Part shown: positions 32,681 to 32,803 of the stretch, in pieces
Layout of the letters: each line of letters begins with the position of its first letter
Numbering within the stretch: position 1 is the first letter of the stretch
Assembly: GCA_002256025.1 (NCBI GenBank)
Contig: NKIB01000417.1
Location: 1 to 32,803, forward strand
Reading direction: 5' to 3'
From: Asterionella formosa
Lineage: Eukaryota
Length of the DNA: 32,803 bases
Notes under the pieces: generated by a model
The model's database searches: none
Told to the model about the DNA's origin: nothing
What the model saw: the letters and a program-made list of their open reading frames with translations, nothing else
Position numbers and translations under genes: made by a program

Positions 32681-32803
32681 GGAGAAAATATTTTAGGAAA
32701 GAAAATCCCGGTATAAATTACCTACTACATATTGAATCGAATGAATCAAGAAAGAATATGGTACCAGAGAATTCGAAAACAATCTACGCCAACAGTAAAA
32801 ACC

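Noticed and set aside
26700..32803. Fanzor/TnpB nuclease in the TE cluster
   Set aside because: No RuvC or CxxC..DxNAAxN motifs found in the frames I could read.

Overview
Eukaryotic nuclear DNA, most likely from a diatom or other ochrophyte (inferred from bipartite signal + 'SAF/NAF' plastid presequences and short GT-AG introns). Host genes: an acidic hypothetical protein, a Golgi-type sulfotransferase-like protein, a plastid ISE2-like Ski2/DExH helicase, a divergent 3-exon alpha-tubulin, two thylakoid-lumen FKBPs, an RgpF-like glycosyltransferase and an SCYL1/Cex1-family pseudokinase. Between them lie many transposon relics: the 3' end of a Ty3/Gypsy element (integrase, PPT, LTR), a Crypton-like tyrosine-recombinase remnant, two pogo-like transposase remnants, a MITE, and dispersed and tandem repeats. 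The two strongest leads: (i) at 26.7-32.7 kb, a transposon family with long repeat-rich ends that recurs with a small Cys/His-rich, HIRAN-like ORF, one copy lying convergent to a DD35D pogo transposase; (ii) at 18.5-20.4 kb, an apparently spliced minus-strand unit with no convincing ORF, followed by a ~310-nt AG-free tract and enclosed by 24-bp inverted repeats. All family calls are by motif recognition only; no searches were run.
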